Below are positions 12,759 through 23,354 of a stretch of DNA of 40,561 nucleotides, piece by piece. The number at the start of each line of letters is the position of its first letter. The stretch's first letter is position 1. Source of the stretch: a virus (lineage: Duplodnaviria; Heunggongvirae; Uroviricota; Caudoviricetes); IMG/VR virus record IMGVR_UViG_3300023371_000083. The stretch is one strand, 5' to 3'. The notes under the pieces are model-generated. The model was not told the DNA's origin, did no database searches, and saw nothing but the letters and a program-made list of their open reading frames with translations. The translations under genes and the position numbers were made by a program.

Positions 12759-12793
12759 TACGCACATACACCTCCTTTCTAAAATTGATGAGC

Positions 12794-12973
12794 TTAAAAT
12801 GTTAAAATGTCTGAATAACAAACATTAGCATTTTCAAAATTAAATTTAACATTATTATCATTAATGAAAATATATTTAAATTCATCAGATGAAATCAGTA
12901 TAAAACCAGCAACAATCATTTTTTCTGCAGTAGTTTTATCTTTAACGATGATAAATGTATTATTACTTGACAT
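12794..12973 (-). CDS. Small hypothetical protein (59 aa)
   Basis: GAGGTGA RBS; MSSNNTFIIVKDKTTAEKM...; fills the portal-protease gap. Confidence 0.65.
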   Translation of the reverse strand: MSSNNTFIIVKDKTTAEKMIVAGFILISSDEFKYIFINDNNVKFNFENANVCYSDILTF

Positions 12974-12983
12974 TTATCTCACC

Positions 12984-14477
12984 TCACATAGAATTTTTTT
13001 CTTGTTCTTTGGTTTTTTCCCCTTCATCTGTTAATTCATCAGTATCTTTTTCATGTGATGTATCAGTAGATTGTGTATAACTTGTTTGGAAGGGTATCCA
13101 AGTTTTATGTAGTTGTAAAACTTCGTTTTCCAAGAAATCAAGACTCATGGTTTCTAAAGGACTAAAGCCATCCAATGCCGCTACCGCAAGCTTAACAGGA
13201 ACGCCGTTTTGTCCGGATTCTAACAATTCTTTTTTCTTTTTATTTTTTGTATAAGGTGACACTTCCATATATTTTACAAAAGCATGATCACCCAAAATAT
13301 ATCCAATATATCTATTCACCCAATTTTGAATCTGGGGTAAAAGTGGTTTCAATGCCGTTAAAGTATCAGATAAAATTTGAGCTTCGTAAATTGTTGTCCC
13401 AGTTTTATCATTATCTAAAACTTGTGAGCCGCCAGACATTTTTAACAAATTACTTTGGGCATTTGATAAAGAGTCAACATCCTGTGTCTGATTATCTTTA
13501 AATTCAATTGGTTCAATAGGAAGCGGGGAGATAACTGCATTTACCTGATCCGGTAAAGAATCTGCAAATTTATTAAAATATTCAATTGCAGTATCAACAT
13601 CAACCTCGAAATCATCTGGCTCATCAGTTCCAGATAAAACCTTTAATCGTGCGACAAGTAATTTATAAATTGATAATTCATCTTTAACAGCCTGAATTGA
13701 TTGTAAATCAATTAAATCAATTAATGACTCAAACAAACCAACGAAAGGTGGCATAGCCATAGTAGAGTCTTCAACATTAATTTTCAAACAAATGGTTCGC
13801 TCTATATCTAATTCTTGCCAACGTAAATTATTATCATTTTGATATTTATTCCATTTTGATTTAAATTCTTTATCCCAATATTCTAAATTGTCAGAGTATC
13901 TTCTAAAATAAGAGAAATCAAATGCAAAATTTAATGTGCCATCATAATTTACAGAGCTAACTCTACAATATTCAGAAGGAAGAGGCATTATATAAAAATT
14001 TTCATCGTCTTCATACACATAACCAAAAAAAGCGTCTTCAATCCAAGCGGATAGAACACACTTATAAATCTCATTTTGCAAATTCATTTTATGTAATTGT
14101 TTTAATGTGCTAGAATATTCTTTTAAAACATCTTCCCTAGATCTTGGTTCGTCTAAATTTTGTAAAGGAATAATAGACATATAATTTAAGTCAATCATTT
14201 CTGTATAATACTTAACCAATCTTCTATAAGGGTAGGATAATCTATATAAAAACCTACTTAGATTTCTGAGATTGGTTTCATTATTTTTAGGGTTTTTCAT
14301 ATAGTTTCTCAATAATGTTTTTGAGAAAATAGTGAAAGTTCTGTTTTCATTTTTTGTCAAATTTGCAAGCTGAATTATTTCTTTAGTTTTTGCAAAGGTT
14401 TCGTGACGTTCTTTGATGTCTTTAACGCTATATTGGCGATTCTTATTTTTTTGTTTTGGTTCTTTTTGTGCTCCCAA
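12984..14477 (-). CDS. Portal protein
   Basis: ~497 aa directly after the terminase; TTG start with GGCGGTGA RBS; no internal TAG. Confidence 0.75.
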   Translation of the reverse strand: MGAQKEPKQKNKNRQYSVKDIKERHETFAKTKEIIQLANLTKNENRTFTIFSKTLLRNYMKNPKNNETNLRNLSRFLYRLSYPYRRLVKYYTEMIDLNYMSIIPLQNLDEPRSREDVLKEYSSTLKQLHKMNLQNEIYKCVLSAWIEDAFFGYVYEDDENFYIMPLPSEYCRVSSVNYDGTLNFAFDFSYFRRYSDNLEYWDKEFKSKWNKYQNDNNLRWQELDIERTICLKINVEDSTMAMPPFVGLFESLIDLIDLQSIQAVKDELSIYKLLVARLKVLSGTDEPDDFEVDVDTAIEYFNKFADSLPDQVNAVISPLPIEPIEFKDNQTQDVDSLSNAQSNLLKMSGGSQVLDNDKTGTTIYEAQILSDTLTALKPLLPQIQNWVNRYIGYILGDHAFVKYMEVSPYTKNKKKKELLESGQNGVPVKLAVAALDGFSPLETMSLDFLENEVLQLHKTWIPFQTSYTQSTDTSHEKDTDELTDEGEKTKEQEKNSM

Positions 14478-14495
14478 CTTTTCACCGCCTTTCAA

Positions 14496-16511
14496 TTATA
14501 GTCCAGAGAATAGAGAGCTGCGAGTCCCAGTTCTCATTGGTAATTTTTGTGCTAAACTAACATTTGGAGTTTCTTTTTTCTTATTTCTAATTTGGGAAAC
14601 TCGTTTTTCACTCAAATACCAACCAAGCATTGCTAATGTGTAAGCACGGTCATCATGCAACGTGCCTTCACTAGCGCCGGTATCAGCATCTTTATGAGCA
14701 GGAAGTTTAAATGAGTCAGAGCCGCTATCACGTTTTACACGACAAATATTTACAATTTCTTCTTTCATCGCATCAATTTGTGATAAAGCAACTTCTTCAT
14801 CAGGTGATAATTTATACATAATTGTTTGAGCTGTATCTAATTTGTCTAGCTCATCTGCTAGACGTTCTTCATATTCTTTTGTTGGAAGATCTAATTTATC
14901 TAATTCAGCTCTAATTCTTTTTTCGTTTTCTTTAATTGTTTTTGTGTCAATCTGTAGCATATTTAAATAACCACGATTATCATACTTTTCTGGGAATGTA
15001 ATATAATCTCCTTCGACCATTTTAATTAATGCCTCAAACATTTGAGATTTATATTTTGCTGGTTCGAGCATTTTAATTTTATCAACAGCGTTGGGGAATT
15101 TTCTTATGTAGTCTTTAGAAAATTCTTTGTCAATAAATCCACGCTGTTTTTTCCCGGATTTATCCATCCAGTCCTCTAATAAAAAGTCTGGAATACTTTT
15201 ACCGCCACCGCCGGCACCAGCATCAATCATAATACATTCAATATTACCATATAAATCGGCATCTCCATTGTAATCTAAAATCAATTGTTTTAATTCGCTA
15301 ATTTGTTGTGGAGTTGTTTTGGGTGTTTTTTTTCTAGTACTTAAATCCATAAAATTAACACAATTAACAATATCCATCATCCAACCCTTCTCATCGTCAT
15401 AGCGTAATTCACCAACGCTAACAACAGAATTGTCAGTAGATCTTGCAGGGTCATATGCTAATACAAAAGTTCTTTTTCCTGTATCATTACTCATTACAGG
15501 AGGGCGAACATAAGAGTTTCGTGTAATTAATGCACGTTTAATAATTTGTCCGGAACCACCATCTTCCGTGAACACATTATAATATTCTCTTAATGCCTTT
15601 TCTTGATTAACACGCATTTCTGCATCAACAGTTTCCTGACGCAGTAGTGAAGCGGGATAAATTTTTCCGCCTTTTGTGCCTCTAATTACAACATCGCAGT
15701 TAATATCTGCAACAAAATAACGAGGATCGCCTAAAAGCATTTTCTTGGAAAAATCCCTATATTTAGAATAAAACGGTGTATCAATAGAAGATGCAGATGA
15801 AATCTAGACAAGTTGATTTGGAATTTCTCTGGGTAGAGTTCTAATATCCATATCTCCACCCATTTTAAAATCTTTATTTACGATGGTAAATGCACCATAT
15901 ACATTCATCATTTCTTCCGACAAGAAGCCACATTCATCAAATACAACCATATTGCCACGAGCACCTCTTTTGCGGTCAATATTTGAATTCAATGTCTTAG
16001 TAAAAGAACCATTATAAAGACTGTAAAAATGCCCAGATGGATTATGGACAAATCCTTCACCCATGCCATTTCTAATCTCTAATTCTTGTTTAAATACACC
16101 GGTTAACCCAGTCATAGATTCAATATTTCTATTTGCAATATTTTCTAGTGTTTTAAAAGTTGTGATAGCCTGATCGCCAGAGCCAGAGGCAATATATGCC
16201 CAATAGTTATTAAATAGCATACCTTTTGCCATTAACATTAAGTCTGTAATTGAAGATTTACCAAAACCACGACTACACACCCATAAGGAGTAGGGGGTGT
16301 TCCAAGTTTTCATAATAGCATACGCCTGTGCATCAAGTAATTCTGCGCCGATTACATCTTTGATAAATTTAATCGGGTTTTTCTGATACTAAGCACGAAT
16401 TTCAGCAAGTTTTTGAAAACTCTCCAATTTTCTTGTGGACATAGAGTATTCAGTTGGTTTTACAAAAATCTCATAATTCTTGGGGATAAATAATTTATTT
16501 TCATCATTCAT
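14496..16511 (-). CDS. Terminase large subunit, 671 aa (TAG at 16389 and 15804)
   Basis: Walker A SRGFGKS, Walker B VVFDE, motif III LV*ISSAS, nuclease AYDPAR and HDDRAY; three fragments joined in one frame. Confidence 0.9.
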
Positions 16512-17850
16512 TTAAATTACCCCCGTCTTCATCATTATGTTCTGGCATACTATAATCCATTGGAATATATTTATCTTCTTGTGATCCATTACTATACAAA
16601 ATAGTATCTTTTGATAAATTGGCTTTATCAAGATAACCAATTTCTTTTAAATAATCTTTTAAATCCATATTTTCACGCAACAAGATTCTTGCTTGTTCTT
16701 CACGCTCTTCAGCTAATTCAATGTATTTCTGTAAAAGTTCACGTTGTTCCGCAAGCATTTCAGAATAATCATTTTCATCAAGTTTAATTTTGTTTAAAAT
16801 CGACTGATTGCTGATATCTGCGACTTGACGCATACCACGACATGTGCCAATATCAAACCCATTAACTTCCGCTGCACGAAGATTCATATCTTTTAATTTT
16901 CTTGTTCTACCAGTGAATGTATCGTCGCCACGCTTAACATTCTTATTGTTTTTTAAAGAAATACAGCTTTCTGTAGCTAATTTTTGAATACTTGCTGTAA
17001 TCTTTGATTTTGTATCTTCAAGAGCCCTGATGGTAGATACATTTCTATCTAAATTTCTAGTATCGTTAATCAATACAGAAATAATATCGTTAATTTTTTC
17101 AATATGTAAAAACCCTTTTACAATTTCAATGATGGAGCTAATTCTCATCATATCTGCACTTGTATCTTCATCTAAATCACAATATCCAACAAACTGAGAA
17201 TATAAAAATGGCTTATCTTTTTCCTGTTCGGTTTCAAATGGATCATATCCAAGTAACCTTAAAGTATCAGCTTTATTTTTTTCATATTCCTCAAGCAATG
17301 TTTTGTTTTTTAATAAAGTTGCATCCGTTGGAATTAGTGCTATTTCAGGCTTAAATACATCGCCATCACGCCAGCGATAGCCAGCATATTGTTTCATAGC
17401 AATATTTTTTGTGTATGCAGTAAAAACATTGTTTTTAATTTTTTCATGTGTATTATTTGCAGCCTCAAGCAAACTAGATTCCCAAACACTTGTTAAAAAT
17501 GGTTTATCAACATATTCAAGATATGCTTTAACAGAATCAACTGTTGGAGCAGAGGCTACACCAGTATCAGGATCGACAGGCATAGCAATTTGATAACAAC
17601 ATTTTTTGCAAATTCTGCTTACGCTTGTTTTTGATAGTGGGTCTGTACATGCGAAAAATTCAGTGTGCGGATATACACCACCGCATAAATAACATGTATG
17701 ATAATCTCTACCTATCTTTAATTTTCTAAACAACTCAAGTTTCTATTGCTGTGGAATTGTTTCAATTTCTTTTACCAAATCATCAATTTGGTATTTTTGA
17801 TCCCGAAGTGGTTGTTTTACTTCTTTTGTTTTTTTCGCTGTCTTAGGCAA
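16504..17850 (-). CDS. Zn-finger protein upstream of the terminase (possible small subunit; TAG at 17743-17745)
   Basis: GGAGGTGG RBS and TTG start; CYLCG...ICKKC; position upstream of the terminase. Confidence 0.6.
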
Positions 17851-17869
17851 CAAACCACCTCCGTTTCAA

Positions 17870-19315
17870 TTACAATAATATTTTTGTTGACTTATTAGTA
17901 CAAATAACTTTTGTTGTTTTACAGCGATTTCCGAGTTCCGCTTCCAAATCATCCTTGAATTGTAATTTATTGTGATCGGAATGAACAAGATATACTCGTT
18001 CAGCGTTAATATCGGCATAATAATTAATTAAATCTTCTCTTTGCATATGTGAAGAGAAAGATGTTAAATTACAAATTTGAGCTCTATTTTTAAAAGGTTT
18101 GCCATTAATAGTGATTGTTTTTTGTGTATCACCATTTTTAATTTTATATGCTAAACTACCTTCTGTAGAATAACCACAAAAAAGAATACAATCATTCTCT
18201 ACAGGTAAAATACTTTCTGTCCATTTTACGCTTCGCCCAGCAGTTAACATACCAGAACTAGATAAAATGCATTTTGCACTCTTATCCATGACTGCAGCCT
18301 TGCTCTCTTCGGGATCTGTAATAAAAATAATATTTTTCCAATTCATCATGGTGTCAAATTTCTCTTTTGCGTCACCGGACAACAAATTAGAATAATGTTC
18401 TAATAATCTAATAGCAAGTGGGCTATCTATAACTATTGGAATATCAAAATTTTTATCATTCCCGAATATAGTAAAAATATTCCAAAGCATATATGGCATA
18501 CGGTCAAGGCTGAATGTTGGAATCAAAACACGCTGATTTCTATCTATGCAATATTGTTCAATAACACTTTTAATTTTTTGCATATCTAAATCATATGTTT
18601 TCTTTGTCATATCTCTGCCTTTCGCTGAATATGTGCATTCACCAATAACAATATTAGCTTTTTTGACAGGCTCAAATTCTTCAACAAATACATGTTGTTT
18701 TTGTGTGATAATATTACCCAAATCAGAGGTGAATAAAATTGTTCTTGGATGAACACCTCGTAAAATTACCTCTGTTTGTTGTGACAAGAAAATATGTCCA
18801 GCAGGAGTGTATCTGACAGACACATCTTCTGTTATCTCAAAAATTTGATGTGATTCATATTCCTCAATATATTTTAAAGCCATATGTACATCAGATTCAT
18901 CAAAGAGGGGAGGGATATATTTACCCGATTTTTGACTTAAATATTCTGCATCACGAACATTGATCCACGCACAATCTAACCACATTTCTTTAATAATAGG
19001 GGTAGAATTTTTAGGAACAATAATTCTTGCATTGCATTTACCGGTAGCATACAAGGCTGGAACCATACCAATATGATCTTGATGATTATGTGATAAAATA
19101 ATAATATCAACACGTTTTGGCTTGATTTTTTGTAGCATCACTTTATTTAAACTATAATTCTCAAGGACAGTTTTACCATCCATGATTAAACCACATTCAA
19201 ATAAATATGTTTTTCCATGCTACTCAATTTTTGTACAGCTACCAGTTACACCTTCGCAATTGTTTCCAATGATACTGATTTCGGCTTTTTCATTCTTCTT
19301 AGAAATAATAATCAT
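17870..19315 (-). CDS. MBL-fold beta-CASP family nuclease (TAG at 19220-19222)
   Basis: VTGSC..FECG, SHNHQDH, AGH, SDLG, ECTY, FSSH and LVH motifs; exact start uncertain. Confidence 0.85.
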
Positions 19316-19322
19316 CCCTTAC

Positions 19323-19544
19323 TTATTTTTGTTTTTGCAGCCACTCCTTGTAATCCTTATCATCTACATTTCTGCTCATAGCATTCCATACTTTAAATGC
19401 AAGTGTGTCAATCGCCCAATAAGTTTTTGCTCTGGGGTGTGTTTTGGATACTACAGTAATACCTTTACAACCAGCATTCAGGAATTCTTTTTCCCAACCC
19501 ATAGATTCAATATAATCTTTTTCTTGTCTTGTAATTTGTTTCAT
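19323..19544 (-). CDS. Small hypothetical protein
   Basis: 73-aa ORF with GGGAG RBS. Confidence 0.6.
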   Translation of the reverse strand: MKQITRQEKDYIESMGWEKEFLNAGCKGITVVSKTHPRAKTYWAIDTLAFKVWNAMSRNVDDKDYKEWLQKQK

Positions 19545-19563
19545 TAGTTTTCTCTCCCTTTAA

Positions 19564-20790
19564 TCAATTTAGCACAATTGTATATTCACAAACTTTACCT
19601 TTATCCTCTTCAAATACGACGAAAGAAGCGGTGGCATCAGCAGTTTTTCTGATTTTAATACTAAAATCATCAGACCCAACTATAGATCCAACACTAATGA
19701 CACCTTTTCTCACGCCTGTATTTTTAAAGGAGGTATGATGTGTATGTCCTGCAACAATCTAATCGATTTTTACGCCATAAACATGGGCATAATCTTTTAA
19801 GGCTGTTTCAAGATCAGACACTTCACCATGAATACCTAAAATGTTATATCCAGCAATATTTGTAAAAATAAAGCCAGTTTTGTTATAATATACTTGTAAA
19901 TTCTCATTCTTTTCATTAATAAGCTCAATACAAGTTCTTACAACTTTCTCAATATTATCATTTAAATGAGCACCTTTTCGCCCATCTAATAGTCTACATT
20001 CACCATGATTGCCAAATGTATCATAATACTCAACATTGACATAGCGAGATAATTCGTGTAACCAATTACCTATATATCTTCCGAAAATAATAGCACTATC
20101 AATAACACCATAACGCAATGTCCACGCCTGACTATGACGTAAAAATCCATCTAAAGCATCTCCTAAATTAAATACTTTGATAGAATTAAAATCTTCTTTT
20201 TTTACAATGCTGATAGTTTCAGAAAGCAGTAATTCCATTCGATTATAAAATATTTCCGGATTATATTCGTTTATGATCTGGTCATCAAATCCATAAATTT
20301 TAAAATCTTTACCAAAATGACAATCTGCGAAGTTTAATAATCCGAATTTTTTTGATGTTGTAATATCACGCTTTTCAATTTTAATAGGGTGGGGGAGACA
20401 TTCTTTGATTGAATTAATAACTTTTTCCTCAAAAGCTTCTTCTCTTGCTTGTTCTCTAAGCCACTCATTATATTCACGTTTTTCGTCTTGTAATTTAACA
20501 CGCTCAATTCTAATAGCACGTTCTTTTTCATTTAATTTTCTAATAAGCTCATCATTATCAATTCCATTTTTAATCTGGTTTTGATAATATTGCATGACAT
20601 TATAACCGCTAAATGATGTGACATTCGCTGCTTTTCTTAGGCTGTCTGGGTGACAATCTAAACCAAGTAAATCAACAATGTCGCTCCATTCAAGATCTGC
20701 AGGATTCTGTTCAACCTTTAATGTAATAAGGCGCAAACCATATTCCATAAAACTTTCATTTTCCTTTTGAATCTAATTATTAATATCCAT
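19564..20790 (-). CDS. Calcineurin-like metallophosphoesterase (TAG at 20773 and 19759)
   Basis: DCHFG, LGD, GNHG, IHG; the final GHTHH motif lies after the TAG (KID*IVAGHTHH). Confidence 0.85.
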
Positions 20791-20805
20791 TCATTCCCTT
20801 CACAT

Positions 20806-20832
20806 AAAAATAGCATGGCTAATTGCCATGCT
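20806..20832 (-). terminator. Terminator after the ArfA-like gene
   Basis: AGCATGGC-AATTA-GCCATGCT-ATTTTT. Confidence 0.7.
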
Positions 20833-20835
20833 TGA

Positions 20836-20982
20836 TTATTCTTCATATCTTTTGTTTTTATGTTTCTCTTTTCTTTTATAGGAGCCTTTTCCTTTTTTGT
20901 TTTTTACAACAAAACCTCGTTTACGATAAGTTAAATATTCCTGCAATTCATCCTTATCCATTTTAAACATTCGTCTATCCAC
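20836..20982 (-). CDS. arfA: ArfA-like alternative ribosome-rescue peptide (48 aa)
   Basis: AAGGAGTGA RBS and GTG start; ...GFVVKNKKGKGSYKRKEKHK matches the ArfA KNKKGKGSYxRKxKH motif. Confidence 0.7.
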   Translation of the reverse strand: MDRRMFKMDKDELQEYLTYRKRGFVVKNKKGKGSYKRKEKHKNKRYEE

Positions 20983-21008
20983 TTAAATCACTCCTTATAA
21001 ATTAAAAA

Positions 21009-21090
21009 TGCGGATGACAGGAATCGAACCTGCACGAGTTTACTCGCCAGAGCCTAAATCTGGTGCGTCTTCCAGTTCCGCCACATCCGC
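21009..21090 (-). tRNA. tRNA-Leu (anticodon TAG)
   Basis: Cloverleaf, CCAGA-TT TAG GC-TCTGG, long variable arm. Confidence 0.9.
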
Positions 21091-21095
21091 ATAAA

Positions 21096-21167
21096 AGCAC
21101 AAGAGGGGAATCGAACCCCCATATTCAGCTTGGAAGGCTGACATCATAGCCTTTAGATCACTTATGC
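21096..21167 (-). tRNA. tRNA-Gly (TCC)
   Basis: TCAGC-CT TCC AA-GCTGA; GGTTCGATTCC T-arm. Confidence 0.9.
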
Positions 21168-21259
21168 ACACAGTAATTAATCAAGAGAAAGGTAAGACTG
21201 ACGGAATATGTATGACCTTTCATTATCTGGACGATAATCTCTTAATTTAATTACTGAAA

Positions 21260-21345
21260 CGCCATAGGTAGGATTTGAACCTACGCACGATTTCTCGCCT
21301 AACTCCTTAGCAGGGAGCCCTCTTCAGCCTCTTGAGTACTACGGC
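21260..21345 (-). tRNA. tRNA-Ser (GCT)
   Basis: CT GCT AA loop, long variable arm, G73. Confidence 0.9.
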
Positions 21346-21351
21346 ATAGAA

Positions 21352-21425
21352 TTGGGGTAGAGGGAATCGAACCCTCGACCACTGGCTTATAAGGCCAGCC
21401 CTCTAACCTACTGAGGTACACCCCG
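21352..21425 (-). tRNA. tRNA-Ile (TAT)
   Basis: CTGGC-CT TAT AA-GCCAG; canonical D and T arms; C1-A72 mismatch. Confidence 0.85.
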
Positions 21426-21645
21426 ATAACAAATAACACTTTTAGATGTGTGATGGCGTTCCACCCAGTCGTTACAGTTTACGACACTGCACCGACAACG
21501 GTTATGGATACGCCTCACTGATCCAAATACCTCAAATTTGAAGTGTGTGTACACATGGTATCACAAGCCCTGCGTCCAGCAGAAATTTCTGTCTTCACAA
21601 TTAAATAGCGATGCATTTCAACTATAAAGATACAAGCAATACCAA

Positions 21646-22187
21646 AGCTGATAATAGGACTTGAACCTAAATAACGATTTTTATAATACATTAGATGTTA
21701 GCATTATCAATAAGATCCAACTGTTTTGCTAATATATAATCTTTTGCAAAAGACACACCTTTTGTTTGCCCGTTCTTTGGTGAAGAAAATCTTAAAGTTT
21801 TTGATGATGCACATTCAAATACTGGGATCAAATAGCATTCACCATCATAAAATGTTGCAAAATAATCTGTATCATCCGATGTATAATAAACATTTTTAAC
21901 ACTCGAACAATTAACATGTGTGCTTCTACAAGAAATAATAATAGCATTATCGCCATCTAATAATGCAGCAGATTTAACTTGAACACGAAATATTTTTCTG
22001 CCTGTATCAACAATCATGTCCTATTTTGCATTATCACCAAAAGGAATGCTAACCTGACAACCATGTTGATAAAATGCTGTGATGCATTGTAACTCTGTAA
22101 TATTCCCTTTTTGTTTAGTAGTTAAATCCATATATTCACCTATTCTATTATAAAAATCATGCGCTCTGCCAATTGAGCTATACCAGC
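21646..22187 (-). other. tRNA (Thr-like body) split at the anticodon arm by an endonuclease ORF
   Basis: 5' half GCTGGTATAGCTCAATTGGCAGAGCG at 22187-22162; 3' half TAGGTTCAAGTCCTATTATCAGC at 21669-21647; acceptor strands pair. Confidence 0.75.
21691..22131 (-). CDS. PD-(D/E)XK homing-type endonuclease, 146 aa (TAG at 22021-22023)
   Basis: KGNITE...SIPFGDNAK*DMIVD...RVQVKS...DYFA motifs. Confidence 0.85.
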
Positions 22188-22195
22188 ATGATAAA

Positions 22196-22277
22196 TGAGT
22201 GATACTTGATTCGAACAAGTTCAGCAATTGCAACAGATTTACAGTCTGCCCCGGCTCTCCAACTCCGGCGATCACCC
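22196..22277 (-). tRNA. tRNA-Tyr (GTA)
   Basis: GCAGA-CT GTA AA-TCTGT, long variable arm, A73. Confidence 0.85.
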
Positions 22278-22409
22278 ATATTGGTGGCATGGCTGAGTTT
22301 TTTTAGGGTTTGCTCAAGCGTTGCCAACTGTTCATCCCTACGAGCCTAAAGCCCAATTCACGAGGCTAAACCTCCGAAATACAAACTATCTGTGTTATTA
22401 CCACAGTGA

Positions 22410-22483
22410 TTGCAGCGACAAGATTCGAACTTGTGATTTCAGAGTTATGAGCCCTGACGGATAGACCACTTCCATACGCTGCG
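22410..22483 (-). tRNA. tRNA-Met (CAT), initiator-like
   Basis: CT CAT AA loop, C1-A72 mismatch, GGG on the 5' side of the anticodon stem. Confidence 0.85.
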
Positions 22484-22494
22484 ATATTAAAAAA

Positions 22495-22566
22495 CAGGAG
22501 GGCAGTGACTCGAACACTGAACTTCAGTTTTGGAGACTGGTGTTTTACCAGTTAAACTAACCTCCT
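22495..22566 (-). tRNA. tRNA-Trp (CCA)
   Basis: CT CCA AA loop, cloverleaf. Confidence 0.85.
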
Positions 22567-22572
22567 AAAAAA

Positions 22573-22645
22573 TTGCAGAGAGGGGAGTCGAACCCCTAAC
22601 CTCTGGATTATGAGTCCAGGAATCTTCCATTGATAGTACTCTGCG
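22573..22645 (-). tRNA. tRNA with CAT anticodon (Met or Ile2)
   Basis: CTGGA-CT CAT AA-TCCAG; C1-A72 mismatch. Confidence 0.85.
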
Positions 22646-22657
22646 TTAATAATATAG

Positions 22658-22741
22658 TGCAGGAGAGGAGATTCGAACTCCCAATCCCTCACGGGCGGCG
22701 GATTTTAAGTCCGCATCGTATACCAGTTCCGACACTCCTGC
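22658..22741 (-). tRNA. tRNA-Leu (TAA)
   Basis: GCGGA-CT TAA AA-TCCGC, long variable arm. Confidence 0.9.
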
Positions 22742-22747
22742 ACATTT

Positions 22748-22927
22748 ATATCCAAGAATAACTTAATGAGATGAAAAATATTGGAACATTACGAAAGGAT
22801 TAACTGAATATCCTTCAACCAATGTTTCTGTGTCTTTAAATGTGTAATCTGTATAAAACTTTTATATCATCATAGTTTTCTATAATTAAATCCTCAAAGA
22901 AGTAACTCATTAAACTGCATTGGATAT
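22748..22927 (-). ncRNA. Y-RNA-like unit 1
   Basis: Terminal stem + ATGCAG...stem...TTACTTC...stem...ATTCT motif shared with five other units. Confidence 0.65.
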
Positions 22928-22955
22928 AATAAGAGAATATTATGACCTATTTTAT

Positions 22956-23095
22956 AATTCTGAGTATAACTGAAATAGAAATTTTTAGCGCTCTCCCAAT
23001 TGAGCTACGGTGCACAACTTAGTACACCGACAGGACTCGAACCCGCAACCTCTCGATTAACCAGTCGAAGTAACTATTTCAACTGCATCAGAATT
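22956..23095 (-). ncRNA. Y-RNA-like unit 2 (YrlA-type, permuted tRNA-mimic domain)
   Basis: Shared motif; internal order is T-arm (GCGGGTTCGAGTCCTGT), capped acceptor hairpin, D-arm (TAGCTCAATTGGGAGAGC). Confidence 0.8.
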
Positions 23096-23109
23096 TTATT
23101 GCATTTTTA

Positions 23110-23238
23110 AGCCGAGAATGTCGTGAATAGTGAAAAAAGTCTATCGCTCTACCAATTGAGCTACCATATTAACCGCAATATAGAATAGATTTGAACTATT
23201 AACACATAGATGAAGTAACTATTCACACTGCATCAGCT
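23110..23238 (-). ncRNA. Y-RNA-like unit 3 (YrlA-type)
   Basis: Shared motif; T-arm AATAGTTCAAATCTATT, then hairpin, then D-arm TAGCTCAATTGGTAGAGC. Confidence 0.75.
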
Positions 23239-23253
23239 ATATTTACTTATTAA

Positions 23254-23337
23254 ATCAGAGAATAACTTATATGGTGTTAGCGTTTTCTGAAGCAAATATG
23301 GAGTATTTACGAAGTAACCATATAAACTGCATCTGAT
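23254..23337 (-). ncRNA. Y-RNA-like unit 4 (short)
   Basis: ATCAGATGCAGTTTATATGGTTACTTC...CCATATAAGTTATTCTCTGAT. Confidence 0.65.
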
Positions 23338-23354
23338 ATATATTTTTTATTAAA

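Noticed and set aside
21009..21090. tRNA with 'TAG' anticodon as an amber suppressor
   Set aside because: Anticodon UAG reads CUA (Leu); this is an ordinary tRNA-Leu.
21646..22187. Group I intron in the tRNA
   Set aside because: The ORF fills almost the whole insert; no space or sequence for a P3-P9 core was seen.
22021..22290. 89-aa ORF in the track
   Set aside because: Its upstream part is tRNA sequence; the real start is ATG 22131 and it continues through the TAG.
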